Source: a virus. From it: a stretch of DNA of 64,000 nucleotides. The translations under genes and the position numbers were made by a program. The notes below the pieces were generated by a model. It had not been told where the DNA came from and did no database searches. It was given only the letters and a program-made list of their open reading frames with translations. Location of the stretch: IMG/VR virus record IMGVR_UViG_3300031788_000002, positions 1 through 64,000 of that record; one strand, 5' to 3'. This document shows, in pieces, positions 1 to 9,444 of the stretch; position 1 is the first letter of the stretch, and each line of letters begins with the position of its first letter.

Positions 1-2571
1 ACCAATCTCTTTACGGACTTCTTACAGAGCAACGGCGAAGTTCTGACGCAAATCGTTACCAGTGGTAAGTGCAACACGTTCCCCACGTTGAAGGGACTGG
101 CCGCCGGTGTCATCCGTTTGATGGAAGTGGTGGGTGGAAGTTACTACGTGTTTCCTACGGGCAATAGCAGCGCGCCCCCGAAGCGCTGTGCCGGCCAGAA
201 CATTTTCTTTAGCTACAACGAACTGCGCCTTCATCTGACACAAATGGTTGGGACACCGAGCAAGGACCCAACTAGCGAGCGCATCATGAAGTACCAGGGG
301 TACAGCGGAATGTTCTCCCGCGCTCTGGGTGCTCAAGGGGGAGAAGTTTCAATTCGGCAGGCTATGAATGCCATTTCGAAGATCATTTTCTATGAGATGC
401 ACCCACAACCTTGTCCTCAGTACATCCCGGGGTCGTACGGGGAAGTGAGCGGCATGAAGCGCGTAAAGCTTGCGGACAATCCGGACTTTGGTCAGTTCGC
501 AACCACTGCTAATGACGTCGTCACGGGTATCGCGGATCTCTTGACCCAACTTGGAACGGTGTCGACGGGGGATCCTGCAAGCTACACCGCTAGCGTGCAC
601 ACCTTGGCCACGACATTGATTCAGCAATTGGGCAGTGCTCGACGAACGCTGCTGCGTGCGGTAGCCCAAATGCGCAATGTGCCCGAACCGGCGCCCTCTT
701 TGATGAGCGCCTCGGCGCAGCTTTTGGGGCAAGCGTTGACATCCGCGCAAGCGCTGGGAGGCGCCAGCGTCCAGGGTAAGAGTTCTTCCAGCATGCTCAG
801 CGCGCTGCAACAAACGTTGACCCAAGCGCAGCAGAAGCTGCAGCAGGTGGCTAGTACCGACACGTACGTGGGTGGGGGTGTTAACCGAACGCCTGCACAG
901 CTTTACCAACAGGTGTTTCGCCCCGACGTTTGGTTTACGGCGCCGCCGCGCTGCAACGTGTTCTTTCCTGAACTCTATCAGGGTTTGAGCTACCAGCGTT
1001 CCTTCCTAAAAGAACCCACGCGTCTGATGCTGAAGACCAATGACGAGTTCTTCGGCGAGGACACGCTCTTCGACAACTTCTACTTTGCTCCCACCGCGGG
1101 TACCGTGAAGGGCGAGCAGGCGAACTTGACGAAGATGCTTCAATCGCAGCTTCTTCTGCACGAGCGCTTTACAGGAATCTTGCCGGTCTTCGAGAAGATG
1201 GGCGAGTTCAATGTCTTCGCGTCTCAAGCGGAGCATCGTGTGGGTATTAAGAAAGTAGGCTTGGCGCAACGCACGGCCAATTTTCTCTACTTCCGTCATC
1301 GGTTCAACGCGCGGCGCATGACGGTGTCGGGCAAGTTCAATCCGTACATTGCCGTGGGCTGCCCGGGGCTCATCCTCGATAAGTACGTCAACCGCGATGC
1401 CATCGCGCGGTACAACGCCTTGTGCGCACAACAGAATGTGCCGCAGACCGACGCGGGCGCGATCCTCGGAACCAACTTCCTCGGGAACTTCGCACAAGTT
1501 GTTCATCAAGCATCCGCCATGGGGCCCAACGGATCGACCGACATCCAAATCACGTTCGCGCGTCAGCCTGAAGAGCGCATTGACTTCTTGGGGGCCATCC
1601 CTGATGACGCTCGCGTACGCCAACGCGTTGATGGCGCCGACGCCGTTCGGTCAACGACCGTAGCGGCTCTTGCCGCACCGGCGATCTTCTCCCTTGGGCC
1701 TAGTAACGGTGTCATCAGCAATGTGGTTGATGTGACGTCGTCTTCTACGGGACAGTCACTGCCCTTTTTCTATTCGGGGTTCAAACGCAATTCGAGCTTT
1801 CGCCCCCCAAGCGTCCCAATCGGCGTCGACGTGAGCGCCAGCGCTTTAGGTTCTGATGACCTCATGAACTTGCTCGGGGGACCTGGCGTAACGGCGTACT
1901 TCCGCGCGTACACCGTGACCGAGAGCATCCCCCGGTACCGCAGCGAAGAAATGCTGCTTCCCGCTGAAGAATATATCCGGCCGGGTTGGTACGGGGACTG
2001 TTGGACTAATTCAAAGGTCGGCGAAGTTTGGAACGAGTTATTTGCCACGGGGGCCATCACCGACCCGCAAACCATCAGTGATCAGGGGCGCAGCTCAGCG
2101 GCATTGAGCCAGTCTCCTACCAGTGCCCAGCCCGACCCAACCAGTGGAAGCGATCCCGCTGGCGATGCACCGGGGGTGCTGTCCCTGCAAGCCAACGCGA
2201 GCATTCAACAAGCGGTAGAGTACTTGCTCTTAACCTACTCATACATTAAGCAATCGGGCGCGGACGTCGACGAGTTCATCGGTGCTTACACCTGGCGGCC
2301 CATCGCGACGCTCGTGGACATGTTTGGTACCAGCGACTTGGCCTACGACGCCAACGGTGAAAACGTTGTGCAAGGGTATGAGGGGTTTCACTCTCGGGCG
2401 GTAGGCCCTTACAACAATTTGTTCGGCTTGGTCACGCCTGATATTGAGACGGTGCTCAACATCAAGCGCGGGTCGACCGCCGCCCATAACATCGACATCC
2501 GCAAGGATCGCCGCGATATGGTTGAAGCCTACGTTACTGCATTGCTATACGGAAATGCTCTTCTCGGATGA
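1..2571 (+). CDS. Large putative virion structural protein (baseplate/tail-hub-like), 5' end outside window
   Basis: Frame is open from base 1 (TNLFTDFLQS...) to TGA at 2569; >850 aa; structural-gene context; no catalytic motif recognised. Confidence 0.55.
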   Translation, partial: TNLFTDFLQSNGEVLTQIVTSGKCNTFPTLKGLAAGVIRLMEVVGGSYYVFPTGNSSAPPKRCAGQNIFFSYNELRLHLTQMVGTPSKDPTSERIMKYQGYSGMFSRALGAQGGEVSIRQAMNAISKIIFYEMHPQPCPQYIPGSYGEVSGMKRVKLADNPDFGQFATTANDVVTGIADLLTQLGTVSTGDPASYTASVHTLATTLIQQLGSARRTLLRAVAQMRNVPEPAPSLMSASAQLLGQALTSAQALGGASVQGKSSSSMLSALQQTLTQAQQKLQQVASTDTYVGGGVNRTPAQLYQQVFRPDVWFTAPPRCNVFFPELYQGLSYQRSFLKEPTRLMLKTNDEFFGEDTLFDNFYFAPTAGTVKGEQANLTKMLQSQLLLHERFTGILPVFEKMGEFNVFASQAEHRVGIKKVGLAQRTANFLYFRHRFNARRMTVSGKFNPYIAVGCPGLILDKYVNRDAIARYNALCAQQNVPQTDAGAILGTNFLGNFAQVVHQASAMGPNGSTDIQITFARQPEERIDFLGAIPDDARVRQRVDGADAVRSTTVAALAAPAIFSLGPSNGVISNVVDVTSSSTGQSLPFFYSGFKRNSSFRPPSVPIGVDVSASALGSDDLMNLLGGPGVTAYFRAYTVTESIPRYRSEEMLLPAEEYIRPGWYGDCWTNSKVGEVWNELFATGAITDPQTISDQGRSSAALSQSPTSAQPDPTSGSDPAGDAPGVLSLQANASIQQAVEYLLLTYSYIKQSGADVDEFIGAYTWRPIATLVDMFGTSDLAYDANGENVVQGYEGFHSRAVGPYNNLFGLVTPDIETVLNIKRGSTAAHNIDIRKDRRDMVEAYVTALLYGNALLG

Positions 2572-2614
2572 AGCAGGCTCAGCCTTTGCACGCCCTTGGG
2601 GGTATTCTCCGGAC

Positions 2615-3520
2615 ATGCCCTCGGCCTTCTTCGACGAGCTTTGCAAGATCGCCGCCGCCAAAAGCCAGTTCAGCGTCCCCCAAACCCGTTCCGGGCGTCG
2701 GTCCATGACCGTAGAGACGCTGCTTCGCAAAGAAAAAGACGGGTCGCTCTACAAAGAGAAGGCCAAGCTGGCCGACGCCATCTCGAGTGGATTGCAGCAT
2801 ATGGCCTACGGTCAAGGTCTTCTACATGGGGGATTGGCCGAGAAGGCGGGCAAGAACCCGAGAGACTTTGACCCCGTCGAATTGCATGAGGGCACAGAGG
2901 AAGAAGAGCAAGAGCACACCAAGGATGTGCCGACCGCGCGCCAAATCGCGATGGACCATTTGACTGAGCACCCACATTACTACAAGGCGCTCGACAAAAT
3001 GGAGAAGCACCTCGATGAAGAAGAAGGTGAGAAGAAAGCGTGGGCCAAGCTCGCCGGTGTTTGGCGGAATCCGGCTTTGTACACGTACGGGGGACGACCC
3101 CGCAGCGGTTTAGACAAACACGCCGACTCCTGGAAACCGCAGTGGCTTGAGGCATCGTTCTCGCCTGACAGCGGGTATGGCACCCAAAACGCCGTGGTGC
3201 GTGCGAAGACCAAGCCTGGGGACGGCCCCGCGGTAGATGAAGGGCTCACCGAAGGTCAAAAGCCACGGGTCGACGCCACCTATTCCCAGCCAACCAATAG
3301 TTTGGTAGCGCCCAAAGAGGCGGCGGCGTGGTCCAAAATTGCAAGGCCCGCGGTCATGGGGCAGCTCGTGAGGAGCCCGACGGACACATGCCCCGATGCG
3401 GCCAGCTTGGGTGCGCCCGGGCGTATGCGTCATGAACTCGAGCACAATCTTGTAATGGGCCCTCTATCGGATGCCCAGCCGCTTACCGGGACGTCAACCG
3501 ACGCGTACCAGAGGACATAA
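2615..3520 (+). CDS. Putative head-internal protein with DUF5661-like domain
   Basis: Start MPSAFFDELCKIA behind a TATTCT box; motif GTEEEEQEHTKD...ARQIAMDHLTEHPHYYKALDKME matches DUF5661; repeated KxA motifs. Confidence 0.65.
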   Translation: MPSAFFDELCKIAAAKSQFSVPQTRSGRRSMTVETLLRKEKDGSLYKEKAKLADAISSGLQHMAYGQGLLHGGLAEKAGKNPRDFDPVELHEGTEEEEQEHTKDVPTARQIAMDHLTEHPHYYKALDKMEKHLDEEEGEKKAWAKLAGVWRNPALYTYGGRPRSGLDKHADSWKPQWLEASFSPDSGYGTQNAVVRAKTKPGDGPAVDEGLTEGQKPRVDATYSQPTNSLVAPKEAAAWSKIARPAVMGQLVRSPTDTCPDAASLGAPGRMRHELEHNLVMGPLSDAQPLTGTSTDAYQRT

Positions 3521-3522
3521 AC

Positions 3523-5145
3523 ATGCTGACTACTGTTGAAGCCGGCGCATTCTGCGATGAGCTGGCAAAGATCGCGTTGGTTGAGCGCTTGGCACGCCTT
3601 GGGGCGACGGATATTCCGGGCACGCCTCGCTTATTGATGAAACACCGTGACCCCGAAGAGCTGGCCGCGCTTCAACACGGGATTACGAACACGTGGGATC
3701 GAGGGGCCGCGCCGCTTAAGGCCAAGGTCGATGCCGTCGCCGAGCATGTTCCCACCGAGCTCGGTAAGAAGGTGGTGCGCGGCCTTGGGCACACGGCCAT
3801 CGATAACCCAGACGCCGCGTTGATGAGCGCCGTTCCCCTCCCGTTTGCCAGCGCTGCCTACATGGCCGGCAAAAGAGGGCTCGAAGGGCTCATTGATCGC
3901 GTTGCCCCCGTGGCTAACCCCCAGCCACTGCTCAAAGCGGCTTTCTTGGCGTCGGGAGGTTACCTCCTTAATCAAGTGGGTAAACCTAAGGTGCGCCCTG
4001 AAAACCCTGAGCCAAAACCCAGTCTTATTGTAAAACAGGGTATGTTTCCTACGGACACCCCGCCCGGACCGATTGATCCTTCGGTGACCAAACACCTCAA
4101 GGACAGCGCCCGTATCGCTGCACCAGGTAAGAGCCTTCCGGGCGTACCCAATTCGGCGGGCAGTGGGCACTCTATCGCGGGGGCGAAGACCGCTGCGAGC
4201 TGGACCAAGCTCGCGGTGAGCCCGGAGTGGATCAATGCTCGCGTACAGGCTGCGGCGGCGAACGGGGTGGACCCTGCCCGGGGGTACAAGTTTTTGGATC
4301 GCACGTCGAAGAAGTTCGTGTTCGGCACGAACGAAGCGGCGGCCAACAAGCACTTCTCGGCCAATTTCGCCGGATTGAAGGCCGGGCTGGGGAAGGCGCC
4401 CGAAGCAATTGCGGAAGCGGGGCGGCGCAACGCGGCCACCGCCGTCAGCGGCATTCGAAACGCAGCGCCAGCCGCGGTGGATGCGCTGGGGGCAACAGTG
4501 CCCTCTCTGCGCTCCACCGCTATTTCAGATGCAGCGCCGGTGGCGTCAGCCGCCCGATCGATGAACCCCTACCTGTTGGGGGGTGCCGCCCTTGGGGGCG
4601 CGGCGTTGTTGGGCGGTGGTGCCTACTTAGCGCACCGGGCGCTCTCGCGGCCAGCCCAAGAGCCGCTGCCTCCCCAGGAGAAAGCGGCCTGGGCTAAGCT
4701 GGCCTTTAGCGACAGCGGCTTTGGGCCCACGGGAGGCGTCTTCCGACCCCAGTACGCGAGCTACCAAGGCACCGTGCCCATCCCGTCCCCGGTGGTCATG
4801 GACCCACGGCTGAAGCACGGGGGCAATGCACCGCGCGATCAGAAGAAAGTGGCCTTCGACCAGAGTGGGTTTGGCATGGCCACGTCGATTGGGCCGACGC
4901 ACGGGAACGGGGGCAACCACGAGAGCTACCAGGGGCGCCTTCCCTTGCCTCCGGTCGTGACCCTCGATCCTTTTCTACGGAAGAAGACCGCGGCCATTCC
5001 CTTGACGCCCAAGGGGCGTTTAGCGAGCAGCGCGAGGGAAGGTGCGCCGAAGACCACGGGCTTTACCGGGCCCTCGGTAGCGGAAGTGTCCAAGCCGGTA
5101 GGTTTCGGGCGCAACCTGCCCGGTGCGTCGAAGGGCAGCATTTGA
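3523..5145 (+). CDS. Putative head-internal/ejection polyprotein (FxDELxKIA N-terminus, KxA repeats, one hydrophobic segment)
   Basis: N-terminal AFCDELAKIA mirrors upstream gene; WTKLA/WAKLA motifs; internal repeat AFxxSGFG...SYQGxxPxP. Confidence 0.55.
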   Translation: MLTTVEAGAFCDELAKIALVERLARLGATDIPGTPRLLMKHRDPEELAALQHGITNTWDRGAAPLKAKVDAVAEHVPTELGKKVVRGLGHTAIDNPDAALMSAVPLPFASAAYMAGKRGLEGLIDRVAPVANPQPLLKAAFLASGGYLLNQVGKPKVRPENPEPKPSLIVKQGMFPTDTPPGPIDPSVTKHLKDSARIAAPGKSLPGVPNSAGSGHSIAGAKTAASWTKLAVSPEWINARVQAAAANGVDPARGYKFLDRTSKKFVFGTNEAAANKHFSANFAGLKAGLGKAPEAIAEAGRRNAATAVSGIRNAAPAAVDALGATVPSLRSTAISDAAPVASAARSMNPYLLGGAALGGAALLGGGAYLAHRALSRPAQEPLPPQEKAAWAKLAFSDSGFGPTGGVFRPQYASYQGTVPIPSPVVMDPRLKHGGNAPRDQKKVAFDQSGFGMATSIGPTHGNGGNHESYQGRLPLPPVVTLDPFLRKKTAAIPLTPKGRLASSAREGAPKTTGFTGPSVAEVSKPVGFGRNLPGASKGSI

Positions 5146-5709
5146 CGCTGAGGGACGCACGAAGAAGCGGTATATGAGCCCCGCTACCAGCAGGTTGAAG
5201 GCGAGGACACCACCGGCGACGAGGATGATGACCAACGTTCGGTGTTCGGTTGCGGCCTCGAGTTGAGCCAAGGTACCCTGCGTTGCCGTGAGCGCGGCTT
5301 GGGCTTCCTTCAGAAGAGACGCGAGATAGTTCTCTTGTTCTGCTAAACGGGGGACGACAACCGTATCCCACGTTTCTCCGAATGTTTGACCTAGGGTACC
5401 AACCGCATGGTTAAAGCGTTGTTCGATGTCTTGCCCTGCCTTGCGCTCTGTTAATAAAGCCCGGGTCGCGAGGTGGTCACCGGCTACTTCCAGCTTGGTG
5501 AAGGACGCATCTTCAAAAGGAAGCACCGGCTGAAGTGCGCTCGTCATCAGCTTAGGGATTTCCGGCTCAACGCCTTTTGCAGCGCTTTGCATCAAGGAGG
5601 CCACATCGCTGTCGCCGTGCTTCACAAGAGTTTGTTCCGCCGACGCAAACCACGAGGCACACCCTGTAATAACGAGAGAAAAGCTCAGTACAAACCAGCG
5701 CAACATCAT
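5020..5709 (-). CDS. Lipoprotein with C-terminal transmembrane helix (candidate unimolecular spanin)
   Basis: Signal peptide with lipobox VITG-C; coiled-coil-like middle; C-terminal TM LVIILVAGGVLAFNLLVAGLIY. Confidence 0.5.
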   Translation of the reverse strand: MMLRWFVLSFSLVITGCASWFASAEQTLVKHGDSDVASLMQSAAKGVEPEIPKLMTSALQPVLPFEDASFTKLEVAGDHLATRALLTERKAGQDIEQRFNHAVGTLGQTFGETWDTVVVPRLAEQENYLASLLKEAQAALTATQGTLAQLEAATEHRTLVIILVAGGVLAFNLLVAGLIYRFFVRPSASNAALRRTGQVAPETYRLGHFRYRGPGKARGLRRTFPRAAR

Positions 5710-5747
5710 GATTAAATGGAAAGCGTGTGGTCTGGTCCCGTCAACAC

Positions 5748-5773
5748 AAAAGGCAGGGGATGCGTGGCATAAG
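5748..5773 (+). promoter_or_regulatory. Class A phage promoter (AAAA-N14-GGCATAAG)
   Basis: One of 11 copies of the motif upstream of start codons. Confidence 0.6.
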
Positions 5774-5786
5774 AGGGCTGAGACCT

Positions 5787-6449
5787 ATGACCTCGCATTT
5801 ACATGACGGGTGCCCCGTGGTGCTGGCCGCCGTGCGTCGGGCCACTTTTTTACCTCTGTGGTTATTCGTAAGCGATCAGGAAGCGCTTTGGGCTGACATT
5901 GAGGAGCGCGCACGCGCATCGCGCCCCGATGATACCGCCGTACGCTTGCGCATGTTCTACAGCCTTGAGCTTTTGTACACCCAAGCGATTCCTCGGCAGG
6001 TATTTCTGTCGGCCAGCCTTGCGCCGGTGACGCAAAAACTCACGCTCTCCTCCTACTTGAAGCCGATGTATCCAAGAACCAATGCGGGCCTTGTGGCCCT
6101 TCAGCAGGATGCGGTGCGGCTTCGTTTGCGCCTCTCCGGGTTGGCGGGTTCCGCCGTTCTTCTTCAAAATCATGAAGACACAAGCCTTCAATGGGTTGCC
6201 GTTTACGATACCCTGCGAACGCTACTCGGGGCCGTAACGACAACCGTTGACGCTATTAGTGGGTGCCTACGCCGCAACGATGTTCAACAAGCGGCACACG
6301 TAGGCACCTTGTTGATGCAGTCTTTTTACGATTCACATTTAACCAAAGCAGAGATCGAGGTTGAGCTGCACGCGTTGCTCAACGTGACGTCCTTCAATGC
6401 AGGAGCCCCATGGCAAAAGAACGTAAAGAACCCGAGCTCGCCGAGTTGA
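5787..6449 (+). CDS. Hypothetical protein
   Basis: ORF downstream of class A promoter; start MTSHLHDG. Confidence 0.6.
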   Translation: MTSHLHDGCPVVLAAVRRATFLPLWLFVSDQEALWADIEERARASRPDDTAVRLRMFYSLELLYTQAIPRQVFLSASLAPVTQKLTLSSYLKPMYPRTNAGLVALQQDAVRLRLRLSGLAGSAVLLQNHEDTSLQWVAVYDTLRTLLGAVTTTVDAISGCLRRNDVQQAAHVGTLLMQSFYDSHLTKAEIEVELHALLNVTSFNAGAPWQKNVKNPSSPS

Positions 6450-6787
6450 TCTTTCATGTTGAAGAACATTCATTGCTGGAATGCCCGGGAGCCCTGTTCA
6501 AGGCTACGGGACGCGTTATTCTTACAACGGAAGTTGGCAACCTGGCGTTGTGGGATCAGGTTGTAAAGAAGTTGGACGGCCTGCCGGTTTATTCAGCGAC
6601 TACACTGGCAGAGACCCTTGTGGAAGCGGTCAAGCAACGGACCACCAAAGCGTTGGAAGACGCTCGTGTGGAGATCGAGCAACTAAAAGCTTCCGTGGCC
6701 TTCGAGATCGATCGCAACGATCGGTTGACACGAGAAGCTAAGGATAAGATCCAAGAACTTCAACAAGAAGTTGATGTCCTTCGATAG
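6410..6787 (+). CDS. Hypothetical coiled-coil protein
   Basis: GGAG RBS; heptad-rich C-terminus. Confidence 0.65.
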   Translation: MAKERKEPELAELIFHVEEHSLLECPGALFKATGRVILTTEVGNLALWDQVVKKLDGLPVYSATTLAETLVEAVKQRTTKALEDARVEIEQLKASVAFEIDRNDRLTREAKDKIQELQQEVDVLR

Positions 6788-6817
6788 TTTATAGACGCGG
6801 GATGCTACGCTTAAGGC

Positions 6818-7294
6818 ATGCCCCGCACGATGAGCGTTTGTGAGTCACAAATTACAACGGAAGAGAGCGCTGACCGGCTGTACGCTTTCCTCAAGACCGG
6901 CGCGGATACAACGCAGCCTGAAGTCAATGCATCGGCGGTGACGGGCTTGAACCCGGATCCGTACGCAGCGCCGCCTCTGCGCAAAGACCTCGAAGGCACG
7001 GACAGCGCCCTGTGGGGACAAGAGCCGGAAAGCGATGGCAAGGCCACCGCTCAGGTGCACTCGAACGCGGTGTGGGATGGCTTTCGTGCTGGGCGGGAGC
7101 GGTTCCTTGAACGTAACTTCGATTCCTTTAAGCCGAGTCAAGAGCAGACGCAGGCACTGTTGAGCGGTCAGCTCGAGCACTTCAAAAGTGGGGATCACGA
7201 AAGCTCGACGCCCTTCACGCGAGACCACAGCAAGCGCCGCCCTGTAGAGGTCGAAACCGTGTTCGACAAAACCAAGCGGCTCTTGGGTACGTGA
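6818..7294 (+). CDS. Hypothetical protein (leaderless)
   Basis: TGCTACGCT 6 nt before ATG; 158 aa ORF. Confidence 0.65.
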   Translation: MPRTMSVCESQITTEESADRLYAFLKTGADTTQPEVNASAVTGLNPDPYAAPPLRKDLEGTDSALWGQEPESDGKATAQVHSNAVWDGFRAGRERFLERNFDSFKPSQEQTQALLSGQLEHFKSGDHESSTPFTRDHSKRRPVEVETVFDKTKRLLGT

Positions 7295-7320
7295 AAGCAG
7301 CAAGCATCCGAGGGCATAAC
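7294..7320 (+). promoter_or_regulatory. Class A promoter in front of the sigma gene (AAA-N16-GGCATAAC)
   Basis: Motif at 7313-7320, followed by GGAG RBS and ATG 7339. Confidence 0.6.
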
Positions 7321-7338
7321 ATCCTCGGAGAACACCAC

Positions 7339-8151
7339 ATGCCGACGATCGATCCTCTCAACAGCTATCTTCGGAAGAAGACGGCCGCCCAACAAAAATG
7401 TGAAGAAGACGATCACGCCTTGGTTACCCAGTGGCAGCAGGCGCATCAAGGCGACGCTGTAAACCCCGCGCTGACGCATCAAGTACTTCAGCGCTTTCAG
7501 CCTACGATTCAAACGGCGCTGAAGAAGTACAAATCGCCGCTCACGGGACCGGGCATCAACGCCGCTGCAAAAACCTATGCGGTTGAAGCCCTCAGAACGT
7601 ACGACCCCTCCCGCGGCGCTTCTTTTAACACGCATTTGACCAATACGTTGCGGCGGCTGCATCGAGAGAACAATCAAGCGCAAGCCTCCTACGTTCCGGA
7701 AGACCATGTGACGTACTTCGGGCCCGCTCAGCGCGCGCACGATGAATTCGTCGATGAGTTTGGGCGGACACCGACGCCGGAAGAGCATGAGCAACGGCTG
7801 AATGAAATGCTACCGGAACGCCGCCGTTTGGCCCCCGGGGCCTTGGCACCCATCCTGGCGCTCAAGCGCAACACCGTGGTCTCCAGCAACTTCGCTTCGT
7901 CTCCCAACACGTTTGCGCAGGATCTAGAGCAGCAAAATGTGGCGCTTGGGCGCCATGACCTCGCTGAGCCGGATCGCAAAGTCTACGACTTGATCTACGG
8001 CAACAACGTGACGAGTACCGGGGACATCGCTAAGCGCTTAGGTATGAGCGACCCCGCGGTTTCTCGTGCAAAGACCCGCATCGAAAAGACCCTCTCCCAA
8101 CCGGTGGGCGCTTCCAAGCGCAAGAAGCCGGGCGCTCTTTCTTCCCCGTAA
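7339..8151 (+). CDS. RNA polymerase sigma-70 family factor, group 3 (FliA/WhiG/SigB-like)
   Basis: Region 2 AVEALRTYDPSRGASFNTHL, region 3 GRTPTPEE, region 4 HTH STGDIAKRLGMSDPAVSR. Confidence 0.85.
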   Translation: MPTIDPLNSYLRKKTAAQQKCEEDDHALVTQWQQAHQGDAVNPALTHQVLQRFQPTIQTALKKYKSPLTGPGINAAAKTYAVEALRTYDPSRGASFNTHLTNTLRRLHRENNQAQASYVPEDHVTYFGPAQRAHDEFVDEFGRTPTPEEHEQRLNEMLPERRRLAPGALAPILALKRNTVVSSNFASSPNTFAQDLEQQNVALGRHDLAEPDRKVYDLIYGNNVTSTGDIAKRLGMSDPAVSRAKTRIEKTLSQPVGASKRKKPGALSSP

Positions 8152-8174
8152 TTCATTCTCCTGTCTATTTCCTC

Positions 8175-8206
8175 GCGGCGTCGGCTTACCCCGGCGCCGC
8201 TTTTTA
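8175..8206 (+). terminator. Rho-independent terminator
   Basis: GCGGCGTCGG-cttacc-CCGGCGCCGC followed by TTTTT. Confidence 0.8.
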
Positions 8207-8219
8207 TTTGGAGTTTTTC

Positions 8220-9434
8220 ATGAATCAGACCTCGTTCCCGGATTATCAAGCGGCCGCTTCCTCCGCAGTCGTACAACGAGCGGACAGGCGTCTCAAAGAG
8301 TACACGCAAGCGGGCAAGCTGGCGGGGATGGCCCTCTTCAATACGCTGCGCGAGAACATCATCACGCCCTATCGCATTTACACGACCGACATGACCTTCG
8401 AGGGCGCTGCAAAAATGGGGGAAGCACCGATCTATCGTGCGCAAGTGGGTGACACCCGCAAGCTGTTTCAGTTGCACCGTCATGCGCTCGGGCAGATGGC
8501 CAGCGAAGTAAAAATCCCGACCACGTTCGTAAACACCCTGACCGAAGGGGAAGATTGGGAACGCGTGGAGCTGGCACAACTGCTCGAAGAGCGCTTTCAC
8601 AAGCTCAATTTTAACCAGCGAGGGGGTGGTGCTCCCCGCTTCATCAACTTGGTGGTGGGGAACCAAGTACGGGGTTTCGTATCCCGCTCCTTCAAGCGCT
8701 ACTTGAAAAGCGGTCCTATCTTCGAAGCCTTCGTTACAGCCTGTGCGCAGTTCGGTGCCATGCCTGTGGAAGCGCTGACGAGCGACCTCGCATTTACGCT
8801 GCGCTGCGTACTGCCCTACGTATTCGAGCTCAAGCGCAACAACCACATTGCGGTGGGCGTCAGCTGCAGCAACAGCGACTTTGGCGCGGGTACGTTCCGA
8901 ATAAGTGCCACCGTTATGAACTTGCAAACGGGGGTGATCTCCGTCGTGCGCCACGCCAAAGAAGAAAAGCACGTGGGAGCCGCGGAGAAGGACACAGGCA
9001 ATAGCGAAGTCCTGTCCGACGAAACCATTGAAAAGAAGCTCTTGGCGACACAGTCGGAGGTACGGGATGTTGTGACTAGCGTGCTTCACCCAGATCACGT
9101 GAATGAGCTCTTGCAGCAGATTCGGGCGAGCATGGACAAGGAGATTTCCTGGTCCAGGTTTACGCATTACATGCAGGGTAAGCTGACAAGCGAAGAGCTG
9201 CGGGAGCTGAGTGTGACGCTCGAGAATGCGCAGAAGAGCTGCGCCATCGCGGACATTACCTACGACGTCGACCAGCAGGCCATCATCAATCTTTGGTGGG
9301 CCGCAAGCGCCACGGCGGAAGTAGCGAAGCGCCACATCGGCGAAAAGCGCGATGAGCTTCAGTGCGCCGCAGGGCATCTTCTTTCCAGTGCCTTCTCTGC
9401 AGGAACCTTTACACCTCCCCGCACCACGCTGTAA
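8220..9434 (+). CDS. DUF932-like phage protein
   Basis: HALGQMA...IP, VRGFVS..FK, GVSCSNSDFGAG motif, C-terminal NLW; GGAG RBS. Confidence 0.6.
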   Translation: MNQTSFPDYQAAASSAVVQRADRRLKEYTQAGKLAGMALFNTLRENIITPYRIYTTDMTFEGAAKMGEAPIYRAQVGDTRKLFQLHRHALGQMASEVKIPTTFVNTLTEGEDWERVELAQLLEERFHKLNFNQRGGGAPRFINLVVGNQVRGFVSRSFKRYLKSGPIFEAFVTACAQFGAMPVEALTSDLAFTLRCVLPYVFELKRNNHIAVGVSCSNSDFGAGTFRISATVMNLQTGVISVVRHAKEEKHVGAAEKDTGNSEVLSDETIEKKLLATQSEVRDVVTSVLHPDHVNELLQQIRASMDKEISWSRFTHYMQGKLTSEELRELSVTLENAQKSCAIADITYDVDQQAIINLWWAASATAEVAKRHIGEKRDELQCAAGHLLSSAFSAGTFTPPRTTL

Positions 9435-9444
9435 AAGCAGACCC

